A stretch of 64,000 nucleotides of DNA from Campylobacterales bacterium (GCA_027023305.1 JALVVR010000017.1:27836-91835), one strand, 5' to 3'; shown: positions 7,910 to 18,883, counted from the stretch's first letter. Numbers and translations: made by a program. The notes: generated from the letters alone by a model not told the origin.

Positions 7910-8335
7910 ATGTTAATGCCCAAAAGAACAAAATATAGAAAACAACAAAAAGGTAGAAACAGAGGTAAATCTTTCAGAGGTAATTCTATTGCTTTTGGTG
8001 AGATTGCTCTAAAAGCTACTGAAGCTGGTAGAATAGACTCAAGACAAATCGAAGCTGCTAGGATTGCTATGACAAGACATGTAAAAAGAGAAGCAAAGTC
8101 TTGGATTAGAGTTTTCCCAGATAAACCTTTAACAGCTAAGCCACTAGAGACTAGGATGGGTAAAGGTAAAGGTGCAGTAGATAGATGGGTTATGAACATA
8201 AAACCTGGAAGAATAATTTTTGAGATGGCTGGTGTAAGTGAGAGTTTGGCAAGAGAAGCTTTAACTCTAGCAAAACACAAGTTACCTTTTAAAACAAAAA
8301 TCATAACAGCAGAGAATGAACATGAAGTATATTGA
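7910..8335 (+). CDS. rplP: 50S ribosomal protein L16
   Basis: [11 protein letters not shown]...; operon position. Confidence 0.98.
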   Translation: MLMPKRTKYRKQQKGRNRGKSFRGNSIAFGEIALKATEAGRIDSRQIEAARIAMTRHVKREAKSWIRVFPDKPLTAKPLETRMGKGKGAVDRWVMNIKPGRIIFEMAGVSESLAREALTLAKHKLPFKTKIITAENEHEVY

Positions 8336-8522
8336 TTTAAAAGATAAAGATGAAAAAGCTCTTAATGAGCTTTTGAAAGAGAAAAAGTTGTTGCTATTTA
8401 AACTTAGATCTAAGCTTAAAACTATGCAATTAAGTAATCCAAATGAGATTAGCCAAGCAAAGAAAGATATCGCTCGTATAAATACAGCACTATCTTCTTT
8501 AAAAAATCAAGTTAAGGCATAA
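8322..8522 (+). CDS. rpmC: 50S ribosomal protein L29
   Basis: MKYIDLKDK...[12 protein letters not shown] 8322 is preferred over ATG 8316 by comparison with remembered Campylobacter L29 N-termini. Confidence 0.93.
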   Translation: MKYIDLKDKDEKALNELLKEKKLLLFKLRSKLKTMQLSNPNEISQAKKDIARINTALSSLKNQVKA

Positions 8523-8525
8523 ACG

Positions 8526-8777
8526 ATGGCTTTAAAAAGAGAAATACAAGGTAAAGTTGTAAAAAAAGCTGGATATAAAACAGCTACAGTTTTGGTTGAG
8601 AGAAAAGTTGTTCATCCTAGATATCACAAAATCGTAAAAAGATTTAAAAAATATCTAATTCATGATGAAAATAATGAAACAAATGTTGGTGATATAGTAA
8701 GTGCTATCGAGTGTAGACCACTATCAAAAACAAAATCTTTTAGATTAAAAGAGATTGTTCAAGCAGGAGTTAAATAA
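8526..8777 (+). CDS. rpsQ: 30S ribosomal protein S17
   Basis: Sequence and operon position. Confidence 0.97.
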   Translation: MALKREIQGKVVKKAGYKTATVLVERKVVHPRYHKIVKRFKKYLIHDENNETNVGDIVSAIECRPLSKTKSFRLKEIVQAGVK

Positions 8778-9145
8778 TGATACAAGGTTTTACTAGACTT
8801 GCAGTTGCTGATAACAGTGGTGCAAAAGAGATTATGTGTATTAAAGTTCTTGGTGGTAGTAAAAGAAGATATGCATCACTTGGTGATGTTATAGTTGCTT
8901 CTGTTAAAAAAGCTACTCCAAATGGAAAAGTTAAAAAAGGTCAAGTTATAAAAGCTGTTGTAGTTAGAACTAAAAAAGAGGTTCAAAGAGAAAATGGATC
9001 ACTTATTAGATTTGATGAAAATGCTGCAGTTATACTTGATGGAAAAAGTGAGCCTATAGGAACAAGGATTTTTGGACCTGTTGGTAGAGAAGTTAGATAT
9101 GCAAACTTCATGAAAATAGTTTCACTAGCACCGGAGGTTTTATAA
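8777..9145 (+). CDS. rplN: 50S ribosomal protein L14
   Basis: [18 protein letters not shown]... Confidence 0.98.
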   Translation: MIQGFTRLAVADNSGAKEIMCIKVLGGSKRRYASLGDVIVASVKKATPNGKVKKGQVIKAVVVRTKKEVQRENGSLIRFDENAAVILDGKSEPIGTRIFGPVGREVRYANFMKIVSLAPEVL

Positions 9146-9378
9146 TGGCAACAAAATTTAAAATAAAAAAAGGTGATACTGTAAAAATTATCGCTGGTGA
9201 TGATAAAGGTAAAGTTGCAGAAGTACTAAAAGTTCTTCCTAAAACTTCTCAAGTTATCGTTGCTGGTTGTAAGATAGCTAAAAAAGCAGTTAAACCAACA
9301 GAAGAGAACCAAAATGGTGGTTTTATGGACAAAGAGATGCCAATACATATCTCAAATGTAGCAAAAGTTGAGGGATAA
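9145..9378 (+). CDS. rplX: 50S ribosomal protein L24
   Basis: [18 protein letters not shown]...; operon position. Confidence 0.97.
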   Translation: MATKFKIKKGDTVKIIAGDDKGKVAEVLKVLPKTSQVIVAGCKIAKKAVKPTEENQNGGFMDKEMPIHISNVAKVEG

Positions 9379-9381
9379 TTT

Positions 9382-9930
9382 ATGGAAATTAGATTTAAAG
9401 AAAAATATAACAATGAGATAAAATCTACTTTAAAAGAAGAGTTTGACATAAAAAATGTTATGCAAATTCCAGCTTTAGAGAAGATTGTTATAAATGTTGG
9501 TGCTAGCGAAGAGGCAAAAGATAGTAAAGTTTTACAAAGTGTACAAGATACTATCTCTTTAATAGCAGGTCAACATGCACTTGTAACTAAAGCAAAAAAA
9601 TCAATCGCAGGTTTTAAACTAAGAGAAGATTTTCCAGTAGGTGTTAAAGTTACTCTAAGAGGTGATAGAATGTATACTTTCTTTGATAAGTTAGTATCTA
9701 TTACTCTTCCAAGGGTTAAAGACTTTAGAGGTGTTCCTAACAATAACTTTGACGGTAGAGGGAACTATACTTTTGGGCTAGATGAACAACTTGTTTTCCC
9801 AGAGGTAAAATTTGATGATATTATAAAACAACATGGTATGAATATAACTTTTGTAACAACAACTGAAGATGATAAACAATCTCACAGAATGTTAGAGTTA
9901 TTTGGTATGCCATTTGCAAAGAGGTCTTAA
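9382..9930 (+). CDS. rplE: 50S ribosomal protein L5
   Basis: Sequence and operon position. Confidence 0.97.
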   Translation: MEIRFKEKYNNEIKSTLKEEFDIKNVMQIPALEKIVINVGASEEAKDSKVLQSVQDTISLIAGQHALVTKAKKSIAGFKLREDFPVGVKVTLRGDRMYTFFDKLVSITLPRVKDFRGVPNNNFDGRGNYTFGLDEQLVFPEVKFDDIIKQHGMNITFVTTTEDDKQSHRMLELFGMPFAKRS

Positions 9931-9933
9931 GTC

Positions 9934-10119
9934 ATGGCAAAAAAATCAATGATAGCAAAACAACAAAGAACGCCTAAGTTTGGTGTAAGAGCTTACACAA
10001 GATGTCAAATCTGTGGAAGACCACACTCAGTATATAAAGATTTTGGAATCTGTAGAATTTGCCTTAGAAAAATGGCAAACGAAGGACAAATTCCTGGTCT
10101 TAAAAAATCAAGTTGGTAG
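9934..10119 (+). CDS. rpsN: 30S ribosomal protein S14, type Z (zinc-binding, 61 aa)
   Basis: CQICGRP...CRICLR double CxxC; operon position. Confidence 0.97.
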   Translation: MAKKSMIAKQQRTPKFGVRAYTRCQICGRPHSVYKDFGICRICLRKMANEGQIPGLKKSSW

Positions 10120-10128
10120 GGAGAAATT

Positions 10129-10524
10129 ATGGTAAATGATTTAGTATCAGATGCACTAACTAGAATCAGAAATGCATCTATGAGAAAATTGGAAGTAACT
10201 ACACTTCTTCACTCAAAACTTGTAGAAGCAACAGTTAAGATTTTTCAAGAAAAAGGTTATGTTGAAAGTTTTAGCATAGTTGAAGATGGAAATAAAAAGT
10301 TTATAAAAGTAGTCTTAAAGTATAACGACAATGGAACTTCTGTAATTAGTGAACTTAAAAAAATATCAAAACCAGGTAGAAGGGTTTATAAACCTGCTGA
10401 TGAGATAAAAAGATTTAAAAATGGTTATGGAACTATCGTAGTAAGTACTTCAAAAGGTGTACTAAGTAATGACGCTGCATTCAAAGAGGGAATTGGTGGC
10501 GAAGTTATCTGTAGTATTTGGTAA
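10129..10524 (+). CDS. rpsH: 30S ribosomal protein S8
   Basis: DALTRIRNA...; operon position. Confidence 0.97.
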   Translation: MVNDLVSDALTRIRNASMRKLEVTTLLHSKLVEATVKIFQEKGYVESFSIVEDGNKKFIKVVLKYNDNGTSVISELKKISKPGRRVYKPADEIKRFKNGYGTIVVSTSKGVLSNDAAFKEGIGGEVICSIW

Positions 10525-10581
10525 AAATTAAAATTTTTGCGGCATTCGAAAAATATTTCGTAGACAAGTAAAAGGAAAAAC

Positions 10582-11118
10582 ATGTCAAGAATTGGTAAAC
10601 AACCAGTTTCAATACCAGCAGGTATTGAAGCTAGTGAAAAAGATGGTGTTATTACTTTTAAAAAAGGTAATGTAGAAAAAACACTTGATACAAAAGACTT
10701 AGTAAATGTAGAGTTAAAAGACAATGCAATTACTTTTTTACCAAAAGGTGAAGATAGACAAGCTAGAGCTTTTTGGGGAACTTTTAGATCTCTAGCAAAC
10801 AACATAATTGTTGGTCTTACAACTGGTTATGAGAAAAAGTTAGAGATAAATGGTGTAGGTTATAGAGCAGCTGTCAAAGGTAATGTTCTTGAGCTTCAAC
10901 TAGGATTTTCTCACCCTGTAAACTATGAATTTCCAAAAAATGTATCTATTGCAGTTGAGAAAAACATTATTACTATAAAAGCTGATGACAAACAAGTTAT
11001 TGGACAAATAGCAGCAGAGATTAGAGGATTTAGACCACCTGAGCCATACAAAGGAAAAGGTGTTAAATATGTTGATGAAGTTATCATCAGAAAAGCCGGT
11101 AAGACTGCAGGTAAATAG
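10582..11118 (+). CDS. rplF: 50S ribosomal protein L6
   Basis: [14 protein letters not shown]... Confidence 0.97.
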   Translation: MSRIGKQPVSIPAGIEASEKDGVITFKKGNVEKTLDTKDLVNVELKDNAITFLPKGEDRQARAFWGTFRSLANNIIVGLTTGYEKKLEINGVGYRAAVKGNVLELQLGFSHPVNYEFPKNVSIAVEKNIITIKADDKQVIGQIAAEIRGFRPPEPYKGKGVKYVDEVIIRKAGKTAGK

Positions 11119-11126
11119 GGGAAATC

Positions 11127-11483
11127 ATGAGAACTAAATTATTAAAACAAAAAAATGCTCTAAAGGCGAGAAGAATAAGAAGAGTAAGAGGAAAAATCTC
11201 AGGAACTGCTGAGACTCCAAGAGTTGCTCTATTTAAATCAAACAGACATCTTTATGCACAAGCTATAGATGATGTTAATGGTGTTACATTGGCAAGTGTT
11301 GATGGTAGAAAATTAGGTGAGAAAGCAAATATAGAAGCTGCTAAAAATGTTGCTCGTGCATTTGCTGATGCTCTAAAAGCAAAAGATATAACAAAAGTAG
11401 TCTATGATAGAAGAGGAAATCTTTATCATGGTGTTGTAGCTGCATTTGCTGAAGCTTTAAGAGAAAATGAAATAACACTATAA
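11127..11483 (+). CDS. rplR: 50S ribosomal protein L18
   Basis: Sequence and operon position. Confidence 0.96.
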   Translation: MRTKLLKQKNALKARRIRRVRGKISGTAETPRVALFKSNRHLYAQAIDDVNGVTLASVDGRKLGEKANIEAAKNVARAFADALKAKDITKVVYDRRGNLYHGVVAAFAEALRENEITL

Positions 11484-11489
11484 GGGTCA

Positions 11490-11936
11490 ATGATGGAAAA
11501 CATAAACAAAGAAGATTTTGAAGAAGTAATCGTTAACATCGGAAGAGTTACTAAAGTTGTTAAAGGTGGTAGAAGATTTAGATTTACTGCTCTTGTAGTT
11601 ATAGGTAACAGAAATGGTGTAGTTGGATATGGTACTGGAAAAGCAAAAGAAGTTCCAGATGCTATAAAAAAAGCTGTTGAAGATGCACATAAAAACTTAG
11701 TTAAAGTAAATGTAAAAGGCTCAACTATAGCTCATGATATTGAACTTAAAGTAGGGGCAAGTAGAATACTACTTAAACCAGCAAGTGAAGGTACAGGAGT
11801 TATCGCGGGTGGTGCTACTAGACCAGTTTTAGAGTTGGCAGGTATCAAAGATATCCTAACAAAATCACTTGGATCTAACAATCCAAACAACCTTGTTCGT
11901 GCGACAGTAACTGCACTTACAAAGATTAAACAGTAG
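11490..11936 (+). CDS. rpsE: 30S ribosomal protein S5
   Basis: [23 protein letters not shown]... Confidence 0.97.
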   Translation: MMENINKEDFEEVIVNIGRVTKVVKGGRRFRFTALVVIGNRNGVVGYGTGKAKEVPDAIKKAVEDAHKNLVKVNVKGSTIAHDIELKVGASRILLKPASEGTGVIAGGATRPVLELAGIKDILTKSLGSNNPNNLVRATVTALTKIKQ

Positions 11937-11945
11937 GAGATTAAA

Positions 11946-12344
11946 ATGGGTTTAGAAAATTTAAAACCAGCATGTGGTTCTACTAAAAATAGAAAAAGAG
12001 TAGGTCGTGGACAAGGTAGTGGTATGGGTAAGACTGCTTCAAGAGGTAACAACGGTCAAAAAAGTAGAACTGGTTATAGCCAAAAAAGAGGTTTTGAGGG
12101 TGGACAACAACCACTTGCTAGAAGACTTCCAAAAGTTGGATTTACTTCAAGAGTTGTAAAACCTTATGTTGTAAATGTAGATAAAAATACAAAAGTAGCT
12201 GAGCTTTCTGAAATCACTATCGATAGTATAAGAGAAGTTCATAAAATAAGCTCTTTTGTAAAAAAAGTAAAACTTATAGGAAGCTCTGCCAAAGATTTAG
12301 CTTCTAAAATAAAAGACGAAAACATTACTTGTAGTGGTAAGTAG
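11946..12344 (+). CDS. rplO: 50S ribosomal protein L15
   Basis: Follows rpsE directly, with no L30 gene. [11 protein letters not shown] motif. Confidence 0.96.
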   Translation: MGLENLKPACGSTKNRKRVGRGQGSGMGKTASRGNNGQKSRTGYSQKRGFEGGQQPLARRLPKVGFTSRVVKPYVVNVDKNTKVAELSEITIDSIREVHKISSFVKKVKLIGSSAKDLASKIKDENITCSGK

Positions 12345-12346
12345 TC

Positions 12347-13606
12347 ATGAATAAAGATTTAACAAACAAGATTCTAATCACATTAGCTTTCTTGTTTGCA
12401 TATAGGATTTTGTCTTATATACCAGTTCCAGGAGTAAATGTTGATGTTATCAAACACTTTTTTGATACAAATTCAAACAATGCTCTTGGCATGGTGAACA
12501 TGTTTAGTGGAAATGCAGTAAGAAGACTAAGTATTATTTCCTTAGGTATTATGCCTTATATTACAGCTTCAATCATCATGGAACTTCTTGCAGCTACTTT
12601 TCCAACTCTTGGAAACATGAAAAAAGAACGAGATGGTATGACAAAATATATGCAAATAATCAGATATGCAACTATCGGTATTACTCTTATACAAGCAATT
12701 GGAGTTTCTATGGGACTTCAAAGTCTAAGCCAGGGTGGAGAGAGTGCTATCATGATAGATATGAGTACTTTTATCCCAATAGCTGCAGTATCTATGCTAA
12801 CAGGAACTATGCTTTTGATGTGGATTGGTGAACAAATCACACAAAGTGGTATAGGAAATGGTATATCTTTAATCATTTTTGCTGGTATCGTATCTGGGAT
12901 ACCAAGAGCTATTGGTGGAACTATAAACTTAGTAAATACTGGTGAAATGAACTTTTTAGTAGTTATCGGTATTATTGCAGTTATCCTTGTAACAGTTGGA
13001 ACTATTATCTATGTAGAACTAGGAGAGAGAAGAGTACCTATATCATATTCTAGAAAAACTATGATGCAAAATCAAAATAAAAGAGTTATGAACTATATCC
13101 CTATAAAAGTAAACTTAAGTGGTGTTATACCTCCTATTTTTGCTTCAGCAATTTTGATGATGCCAAGTACATTGCTTAGAAGTAGTACAAATCCTTATGT
13201 TCAACAAATCGCTGACATATTGAGTCCTAGTCACTATTTTTTTAATATCCTTATGTTTGCATTTGTGATATTTTTTGCATTCTTTTATGCTTCTATAACT
13301 TTTAATGCAAAAGAGATAGCAGATAACCTTAAAAAACAAGGTGGTTTTATCCCCGGAGTTAGACCAGGAAACTCAACAGCTGAGTTTTTAAATGGTGTTG
13401 CAAGTCGGATAACATTTAGTGGTGCTATATATCTAGCACTTATCTCAACTCTTCCTTGGTTTTTAGTTAAAACTATGGGAGTTCCTTTTTATTTTGGAGG
13501 AACTGCAGTTTTGATTGTAGTACAAGTAGCCCTAGATACTATGAGAAAAATAGAAGCTCAAATATATATGAGCAAGTACAACACACTTAGTGCTGTTGGA
13601 CTTTAA
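12347..13606 (+). CDS. secY: Preprotein translocase subunit SecY
   Basis: 419-aa polytopic protein with typical SecY motifs; operon position. Confidence 0.97.
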   Translation: MNKDLTNKILITLAFLFAYRILSYIPVPGVNVDVIKHFFDTNSNNALGMVNMFSGNAVRRLSIISLGIMPYITASIIMELLAATFPTLGNMKKERDGMTKYMQIIRYATIGITLIQAIGVSMGLQSLSQGGESAIMIDMSTFIPIAAVSMLTGTMLLMWIGEQITQSGIGNGISLIIFAGIVSGIPRAIGGTINLVNTGEMNFLVVIGIIAVILVTVGTIIYVELGERRVPISYSRKTMMQNQNKRVMNYIPIKVNLSGVIPPIFASAILMMPSTLLRSSTNPYVQQIADILSPSHYFFNILMFAFVIFFAFFYASITFNAKEIADNLKKQGGFIPGVRPGNSTAEFLNGVASRITFSGAIYLALISTLPWFLVKTMGVPFYFGGTAVLIVVQVALDTMRKIEAQIYMSKYNTLSAVGL

Positions 13607-13612
13607 CTAGAG

Positions 13613-14374
13613 ATGGCAATATCACTTAAAAAACCCTTAGAAATAGAAAAACTAAGGGTTTCCAACTCTATAGTAGCACAAACTTTAAATCACCTGAAAA
13701 CTTATGTTAGAGAGGGTATGACTCTCAAAGAGATAAACCAAATGGGTGAAGAGTTTATATATTCACTAGACTCTCGTCCAGCTTTCAAAGGACTTTATGG
13801 TTTTCCAGCTGGTGTTTGTACTTCACTAAATGAAGTAGTAATCCACGGAGTTCCAGATGATACAAAGGTAAAAAATGGAGACATTTTAGGGCTTGACATA
13901 GGTGTTGAAAAAGATGGATGGTTTGGAGATGGGGCTATCACTATGCCTATCGGGGAGATTTGCAAGGCTGATGAAGAGCTTATAGCTTGCTCATATGATG
14001 CTTTGATTTACTCTATAGAAAACATAAAAACGGGCATGAGATTTAAAGAACTTAGCTTCCTACTCGAAAACTTTATCACAGATCGTGGATTTGTACCTTT
14101 AAGAGGATTTTGTGGTCATGGAATAGGTAAAAAACCTCATGAAGAACCAGAAATACCAAACTACTTAGAAGGCAACAACCCAAAACAAGGTCCAAAGATA
14201 AAAAATGGAATGGTCTTTTGTATAGAACCTATGATATGTCAAAAGAGTGGAATAGCAAAAATAGATGATACTGATAAGTGGTCAGTAACAAGTGAAGATG
14301 GACTTAGAACCTCTCACTATGAACACACAGTAGCAATCATAAATAATCATGCACAAATATTATCAATCGCTTAA
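13613..14374 (+). CDS. map: Type I methionine aminopeptidase
   Basis: 253 aa; follows secY with no adk. Motifs GHGIG and HYEHTV. Confidence 0.95.
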   Translation: MAISLKKPLEIEKLRVSNSIVAQTLNHLKTYVREGMTLKEINQMGEEFIYSLDSRPAFKGLYGFPAGVCTSLNEVVIHGVPDDTKVKNGDILGLDIGVEKDGWFGDGAITMPIGEICKADEELIACSYDALIYSIENIKTGMRFKELSFLLENFITDRGFVPLRGFCGHGIGKKPHEEPEIPNYLEGNNPKQGPKIKNGMVFCIEPMICQKSGIAKIDDTDKWSVTSEDGLRTSHYEHTVAIINNHAQILSIA

Positions 14375-14383
14375 GGAGAAAAG

Positions 14384-14602
14384 ATGGCTAAAGATGATGT
14401 AATAGAAATAGATGGAATAGTAAAAGAAGCATTACCAAATGCAACTTTCAATGTAGAACTAGAAAACGGTCATGTAGTACTTTGCCATATAGCTGGAAAA
14501 ATGAGAATGCACTACATAAAAATCATGCTAGGAGATAAAGTTAAAGTTGAACTAACTCCATACAGCCTTGATAAGGGTAGAATAACTTTTAGATATAAAT
14601 AA
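14384..14602 (+). CDS. infA: Translation initiation factor IF-1
   Basis: [24 protein letters not shown]. Confidence 0.97.
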   Translation: MAKDDVIEIDGIVKEALPNATFNVELENGHVVLCHIAGKMRMHYIKIMLGDKVKVELTPYSLDKGRITFRYK

Positions 14603-14615
14603 AAGGCAATTCTAA

Positions 14616-14951
14616 TCAGTGGGGAAGTAGTATAGTAAATTTAGCTCCAAGATTTGTATTTTTTACTTCTATTTTTCCCTCAAACTTATCTTCTATGATA
14701 AGCTTTGACATGTAAAGCCCTATACCAGTTGAGGGAATTATTTTTTTACTAATAAATGGTTGAAATATCCTAGATATAGGTTCTTCTTTGATACCCTCTG
14801 CATTATCTTCTATCGTTAAGATGATGTACTTATCACTATCATGAAGGGTTATCTTTATAAAAGGCTCTTTTATCTCATCAAGCGAATTTTGTATTATAGA
14901 GAGTACTACATGAGCTAATGAATTTGATAATACAATGCAAAAATCTTCATG
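14616..14951 (-). pseudogene. Remnant of a sensor histidine kinase (HATPase_c C-terminal ~110 codons only, no start codon)
   Basis: Hand translation of the minus strand: HEDFCIVLSNSLAHVVLSIIQNSLDEI...ILTIEDNAEGIKEE...STGIGLYMSKLIIEDKFEGKIEVKNTNLGAKFTILLPH*. It is bounded upstream by an in-frame TAG (14952-14954). Confidence 0.7.
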
Positions 14952-15050
14952 CTAAAAAATGGAGGAACAAAAGTACTACCATTTGAAAAGTTATCTAAGG
15001 GATTGATTAGGTATTTGGATATGTAGGTTAAGGGGTATGAAAAATACCCT

Positions 15051-15443
15051 TTAATACCAATCAACCACACTCAACCCTTCAACTTTTTGAAACTCTTTTA
15101 GATTGTGAGTTACTAAAGTTAGGTTATTTACTTTTGCACAACTTGCTATTAAAGTGTCCATAGCTCCAATAGGTTCACCTTTTTTTTCTAAAGTAGCTCT
15201 TATATTTGCAGACTCTTTAGCCTCTTTGTTTGTAAAGTCTATTATCTTTATTTGACTCAAAAGCAAATCTAATTGTTCTCTTCTTTTATTAGGATTTGTT
15301 GATTTCGCTATACCAACTTCTAATTCATATACAACTATTGATGCAACTGCTATATCTTTTGGAGAGTGTGAAAATAGATTTTTAGAAACATTTCCCATAC
15401 CTTTAAAAAAGTAAATCAAACTATTTGTATCTAAAAGGTACAT
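15051..15443 (-). CDS. vapC: VapC-type PIN-domain toxin
   Basis: 130 aa. MYLLDTNSLIYF start, with later TLVTHN and similar motifs. Immediately follows the antitoxin gene. Confidence 0.85.
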   Translation of the reverse strand: MYLLDTNSLIYFFKGMGNVSKNLFSHSPKDIAVASIVVYELEVGIAKSTNPNKRREQLDLLLSQIKIIDFTNKEAKESANIRATLEKKGEPIGAMDTLIASCAKVNNLTLVTHNLKEFQKVEGLSVVDWY

Positions 15444-15674
15444 CTAAAACTCTTCTCTTTTAACATCATCTACTTTACTCTCTCTTATCTCATCCAAAGT
15501 TGGAAAATCACTCCAAGAGCCTGATAAGTTTTTTATATTTTCATTCCACTCATTTTGGATATTTTTTTCTAGTAAGCTTGATATAAACTTACTTATAGAT
15601 AGATTTAAAGAGTTAGCAACCTCTTTGACTTTTGTCTCTAAGTTGTTATCCATATATATCGTAACTTGTGCCAT
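15444..15674 (-). CDS. vapB: VapB-type antitoxin (RHH/CopG-like)
   Basis: 76 aa. AAGGAG SD. Abuts vapC with no gap. Confidence 0.75.
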   Translation of the reverse strand: MAQVTIYMDNNLETKVKEVANSLNLSISKFISSLLEKNIQNEWNENIKNLSGSWSDFPTLDEIRESKVDDVKREEF

Positions 15675-15690
15675 TATAAACTCCTTATCT

Positions 15691-15710
15691 TATATGTGTA
15701 ATTATATGTG
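15691..15710 (-). promoter_or_regulatory. Possible vapBC operator/-10 region
   Basis: TATATGTG appears at 15691-15698 and 15703-15710 (period 12). On the minus strand this reads CACATATAAT, overlapping a TATAAT upstream of the vapB SD. Confidence 0.3.
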
Positions 15711-15935
15711 GATCTATGTTAAAAAAAGCTTATATCTAAAAATTGATTAACTTTCAACAACTTTTAAGAAACACTTAGCTATCATGCAGAGCTTTTTCTA
15801 AGCGACGATGACTAAAAGAAGAGTGATTTAAAGTGCGAAATCGTAGTTTAAACTACTGGTTTGTGTTAAAGATACAATCAGTTCTACAAACCAATCGTCC
15901 GTTGTTTGAAAAGTAAAATGAAACAGGAGAACTTC

Positions 15936-16049
15936 ATGAAAGTTAGACCATCTGTAAAGAAAATGTGTAGTGATTGTAAAATCATTAAAAGAAGAGGTGC
16001 AGTTAGAGTTATCTGCAAAAATCCAAAACATAAACAAAGACAAGGATAG
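15936..16049 (+). CDS. rpmJ: 50S ribosomal protein L36
   Basis: Not in the ORF track (37 aa). Hand translation: [44 protein letters not shown]. Confidence 0.93.
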   Translation: MKVRPSVKKMCSDCKIIKRRGAVRVICKNPKHKQRQG

Positions 16050-16052
16050 TAA

Positions 16053-16421
16053 ATGGCTAGGATTGCTGGTGTAGATTTACCAAAGAAAAAAAGAATAGAG
16101 TATGGACTAACATATATCTATGGTGTAGGTTTAAAAACTTCAAGAGATATACTTGCTAAAGTTGGAATATCTTTAGATAAAAGAGTTCATGAACTAAACG
16201 AAGATGAAGTAGCTGCTATAAGAAATGAGCTTCAAGACTCATATCAAGTAGAGGGAGATCTAAGAAAAAAAGTTGCTATGGATATAAAAGCACTTATGGA
16301 CTTAGGAAGCTATAGAGGTATAAGACATAGAAGAGGACTTCCAGTAAGAGGTCAAAAAACAAAAACAAATGCAAGAACCAGAAAAGGTAAGAAAAAAACC
16401 GTCGGTTCAGCAGCTAAGTAG
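16053..16421 (+). CDS. rpsM: 30S ribosomal protein S13
   Basis: [10 protein letters not shown]... Confidence 0.98.
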   Translation: MARIAGVDLPKKKRIEYGLTYIYGVGLKTSRDILAKVGISLDKRVHELNEDEVAAIRNELQDSYQVEGDLRKKVAMDIKALMDLGSYRGIRHRRGLPVRGQKTKTNARTRKGKKKTVGSAAK

Positions 16422-16430
16422 GGGTAAATA

Positions 16431-16823
16431 ATGGCAAAAAGAAAAGTAACTAGAAAAAAAGTCGTTAAGAAAAATATCGCTAAAGGTATAGTTCATATAG
16501 CTGCTACTTTTAATAATACAATGATAACTATAACAGACGAGATGGGAAATGCTATCGCTTGGAGTAGTGCAGGTGGACTAGGGTTCAAAGGAAGTAAAAA
16601 ATCAACTCCTTATGCAGCTCAACAAGCAGTCGAAGATGCTATGGCAAAAGCTATGGAGCATGGGATTAAAGAAGTTGGTATTAAAGTTCAAGGACCAGGA
16701 AGCGGTAGAGAGACTGCTGTTAAAAGTGTTGGCGCGATAGAAGGTATAAAAATTCTATTTTTAAAAGATGTTACACCATTACCACATAATGGTTGTAGAC
16801 CTCCAAAAAGACGAAGAGTGTAG
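16431..16823 (+). CDS. rpsK: 30S ribosomal protein S11
   Basis: Sequence and operon position. Confidence 0.98.
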   Translation: MAKRKVTRKKVVKKNIAKGIVHIAATFNNTMITITDEMGNAIAWSSAGGLGFKGSKKSTPYAAQQAVEDAMAKAMEHGIKEVGIKVQGPGSGRETAVKSVGAIEGIKILFLKDVTPLPHNGCRPPKRRRV

Positions 16824-16832
16824 GGGATAGAA

Positions 16833-17459
16833 ATGGCAAGATATAGAGGACCAGTAGAAAAAATCGAAAGAAGACTAGGTGTAAGCTTAGCTCTTAAGGG
16901 TGAAAGAAGATTAGCAGGTAAAAGTGCGATTGATAAAAGACCATATGCTCCAGGACAACACGGACAAAGAAGAACAAAAATCTCTGAATATGGTATGCAA
17001 CTAAGAGAGAAGCAAAAAGCTAAGTTTATGTATGGTGTAAGTGAAAAGCAATTTAGAAGACTTTTCTCAGATGCAAACAACATGCAAGGAAATACAGGAT
17101 CAAACCTTATCCTTCTTATAGAGAGAAGACTTGACAATGTAGTTTATAGAATGGGATTTGCTACAACTAGAGCATTTGCTAGACAACTTGTAAACCACGG
17201 ACATATTCTTGTAGATGGTAAAAAAGTTGATATCGCTTCATACAGAGTAAAACCAGGACAAAAAGTAGAAGTAAAAGAGAAAAGTAAACAAAATCCACAA
17301 ATCGTTAGAGCTGGTGAGTTAACTGCTCAAACTGGTATCGTTCCTTGGGTTGATGTTGAGTTGGACAAAGGTTATGGGATATTTACAAGACTACCAGAGA
17401 GAGAAGAAGTTAGTATTCCTGTTGAAGAGAGATTGATAGTTGAGTTATACTCTAAATAG
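16833..17459 (+). CDS. rpsD: 30S ribosomal protein S4
   Basis: MARYRGPV... Confidence 0.98.
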   Translation: MARYRGPVEKIERRLGVSLALKGERRLAGKSAIDKRPYAPGQHGQRRTKISEYGMQLREKQKAKFMYGVSEKQFRRLFSDANNMQGNTGSNLILLIERRLDNVVYRMGFATTRAFARQLVNHGHILVDGKKVDIASYRVKPGQKVEVKEKSKQNPQIVRAGELTAQTGIVPWVDVELDKGYGIFTRLPEREEVSIPVEERLIVELYSK

Positions 17460-17479
17460 TAAAGTAAAAGGGTAATAAA

Positions 17480-18493
17480 ATGAGAAAAATCAGTACATCT
17501 TTATATATGCCACATGAGATAGAGATAGAAAAAATAGATGATAAAAGGGTAAACATTATAGTTTATCCTTTCCAATCAGGCTTTGCCGTAACTGTTGCTC
17601 ATCCTCTTAGAAGACTACTTCTAGGAAGTTCAGCAGGTTACTCAGTAACTGCTATCAAAATAGATGGTGTAAGTCATGAGTTTGATAGTATTAAGGGTAT
17701 GCTTGATGATGTTGCTCTTTTTATACTAAATCTAAAAAATATCAGATTTAAAATCAAAAGTGATGCAAACAAAGTAGAAGTTACTTACTCATTTAGTGGT
17801 TATAAAGAGATAAAAGGTAGCGATTTAGCAAATGATGTTGTTGATGTTGTTACTCCTGATAACTATTTAGGTACTATAAACGAAGATGCAACTATCAACT
17901 TTACTCTAATCATTCAAAAAGGTATAGGATATGTACCTAGTGAAGAGTTTAGAGATGAAGTTAAAGAAGACTTTATCGCTATGGATGCTTTCTTTACTCC
18001 TGTTAGAAAAGCTGTGTATAGTATAGAAAACATGCTAGTAGAAGATGATCCAACTTATGAGAAAGTTATCTTTGATATAGAGACTGATGGACAGATAGAT
18101 CCAGTAGATGCTTTCAAAGAAGCGATAGAAAATCTAAACGGACAAATAGCAATCTTCTCTAAAGCTATGGATATAGACATCATGACACCACAAGATGACT
18201 TTAACAGCTCTCATGATATGCAAAAACTTCTTCAACCAGTTGATGGTTTAAGTCTAAGTGCTAGAAGTTTCAACTGCTTAGATCGTGCAGAGATTAAGTT
18301 TGTTGGTGAGCTATCCATGATGGGTGAGTTAGAGTTAAAAGGACTTAAAAACTTAGGTAAAAAATCTTTTGAAGAGATAACAGCTAAGTTAGAAACTTTA
18401 GGTTTCCCAGTAGGATACAAGTTTGATCCAGACTTTTTAAGAAACCTTAGTTTAAAAATACAAGAATTAAAAAATAAATCACAAGAGGCATAA
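17480..18493 (+). CDS. rpoA: DNA-directed RNA polymerase subunit alpha
   Basis: 337 aa. The C-terminal domain contains LSLSARSFNCL. Operon position. Confidence 0.97.
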   Translation: MRKISTSLYMPHEIEIEKIDDKRVNIIVYPFQSGFAVTVAHPLRRLLLGSSAGYSVTAIKIDGVSHEFDSIKGMLDDVALFILNLKNIRFKIKSDANKVEVTYSFSGYKEIKGSDLANDVVDVVTPDNYLGTINEDATINFTLIIQKGIGYVPSEEFRDEVKEDFIAMDAFFTPVRKAVYSIENMLVEDDPTYEKVIFDIETDGQIDPVDAFKEAIENLNGQIAIFSKAMDIDIMTPQDDFNSSHDMQKLLQPVDGLSLSARSFNCLDRAEIKFVGELSMMGELELKGLKNLGKKSFEEITAKLETLGFPVGYKFDPDFLRNLSLKIQELKNKSQEA

Positions 18494-18496
18494 AAA

Positions 18497-18847
18497 ATGA
18501 GACATAGACACGGATATAGAAAATTAGGAAGAACTTCTAGCCATAGAAAAGCACTTCTAAAAAACTTGTCTATTGCTTTGATAACAAGTGGTAAGATAGA
18601 GACTACTGTTGAAAAAGCAAAAGAGTTAAGAAGATATTTTGAAAAGCTTATAACAAAAGCTAGAGTAGGTGATGCAAATGCTCATAAAGCGATATTTGCA
18701 TATTTACAAGATAAAGAAAGTACTAAAAAACTTTTAAATGAAATAGCACCAGATTATAAAGATAGAACTGGTGGATATACAAGAATCACAAGAACAAGAG
18801 TTAGAAGAGGCGATGCAGCTTCTATGGCTTTTATAGAGTTAGTATAA
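18497..18847 (+). CDS. rplQ: 50S ribosomal protein L17
   Basis: [20 protein letters not shown]... Confidence 0.98.
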   Translation: MRHRHGYRKLGRTSSHRKALLKNLSIALITSGKIETTVEKAKELRRYFEKLITKARVGDANAHKAIFAYLQDKESTKKLLNEIAPDYKDRTGGYTRITRTRVRRGDAASMAFIELV

Positions 18848-18855
18848 CTCAAAAC

Positions 18856-18883
18856 TTCATGAAAGGTAACATCCTTTCATGAA
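18856..18883 (+). terminator. Hairpin downstream of rplQ (possible operon terminator)
   Basis: Perfect 11-bp stem TTCATGAAAGG / CCTTTCATGAA with a 6-nt loop. There is no clear U-tract afterwards. Confidence 0.4.

Noticed and set aside
7882-8304. Long antisense ORFs in the track. Examples: 7882-8304, 16688-17137, 31075-31542, 10425-10805, 11732-12052, 55708-56253, 57869-58180, 63686-63976, and the many 60-100-aa minus-strand ORFs inside ribosomal genes, tkt and purA.
   Set aside because: They lie entirely opposite strongly recognisable conserved genes and have low-complexity or odd composition with no SD. They are shadow ORFs typical of AT-rich DNA.
10525-10581. The unusually long (57-nt) rpsH-rplF spacer as a regulatory element.
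   Set aside because: Only a weak 4-5 bp stem could be drawn, and I cannot support a specific structure from the sequence alone.
11937-13612. Absence of rpmD (L30) between rpsE and rplO, and of adk between secY and map, as anomalies.
   Set aside because: This gene order is the known normal state in Campylobacter/Helicobacter-type genomes. It is not a deletion specific to this window.
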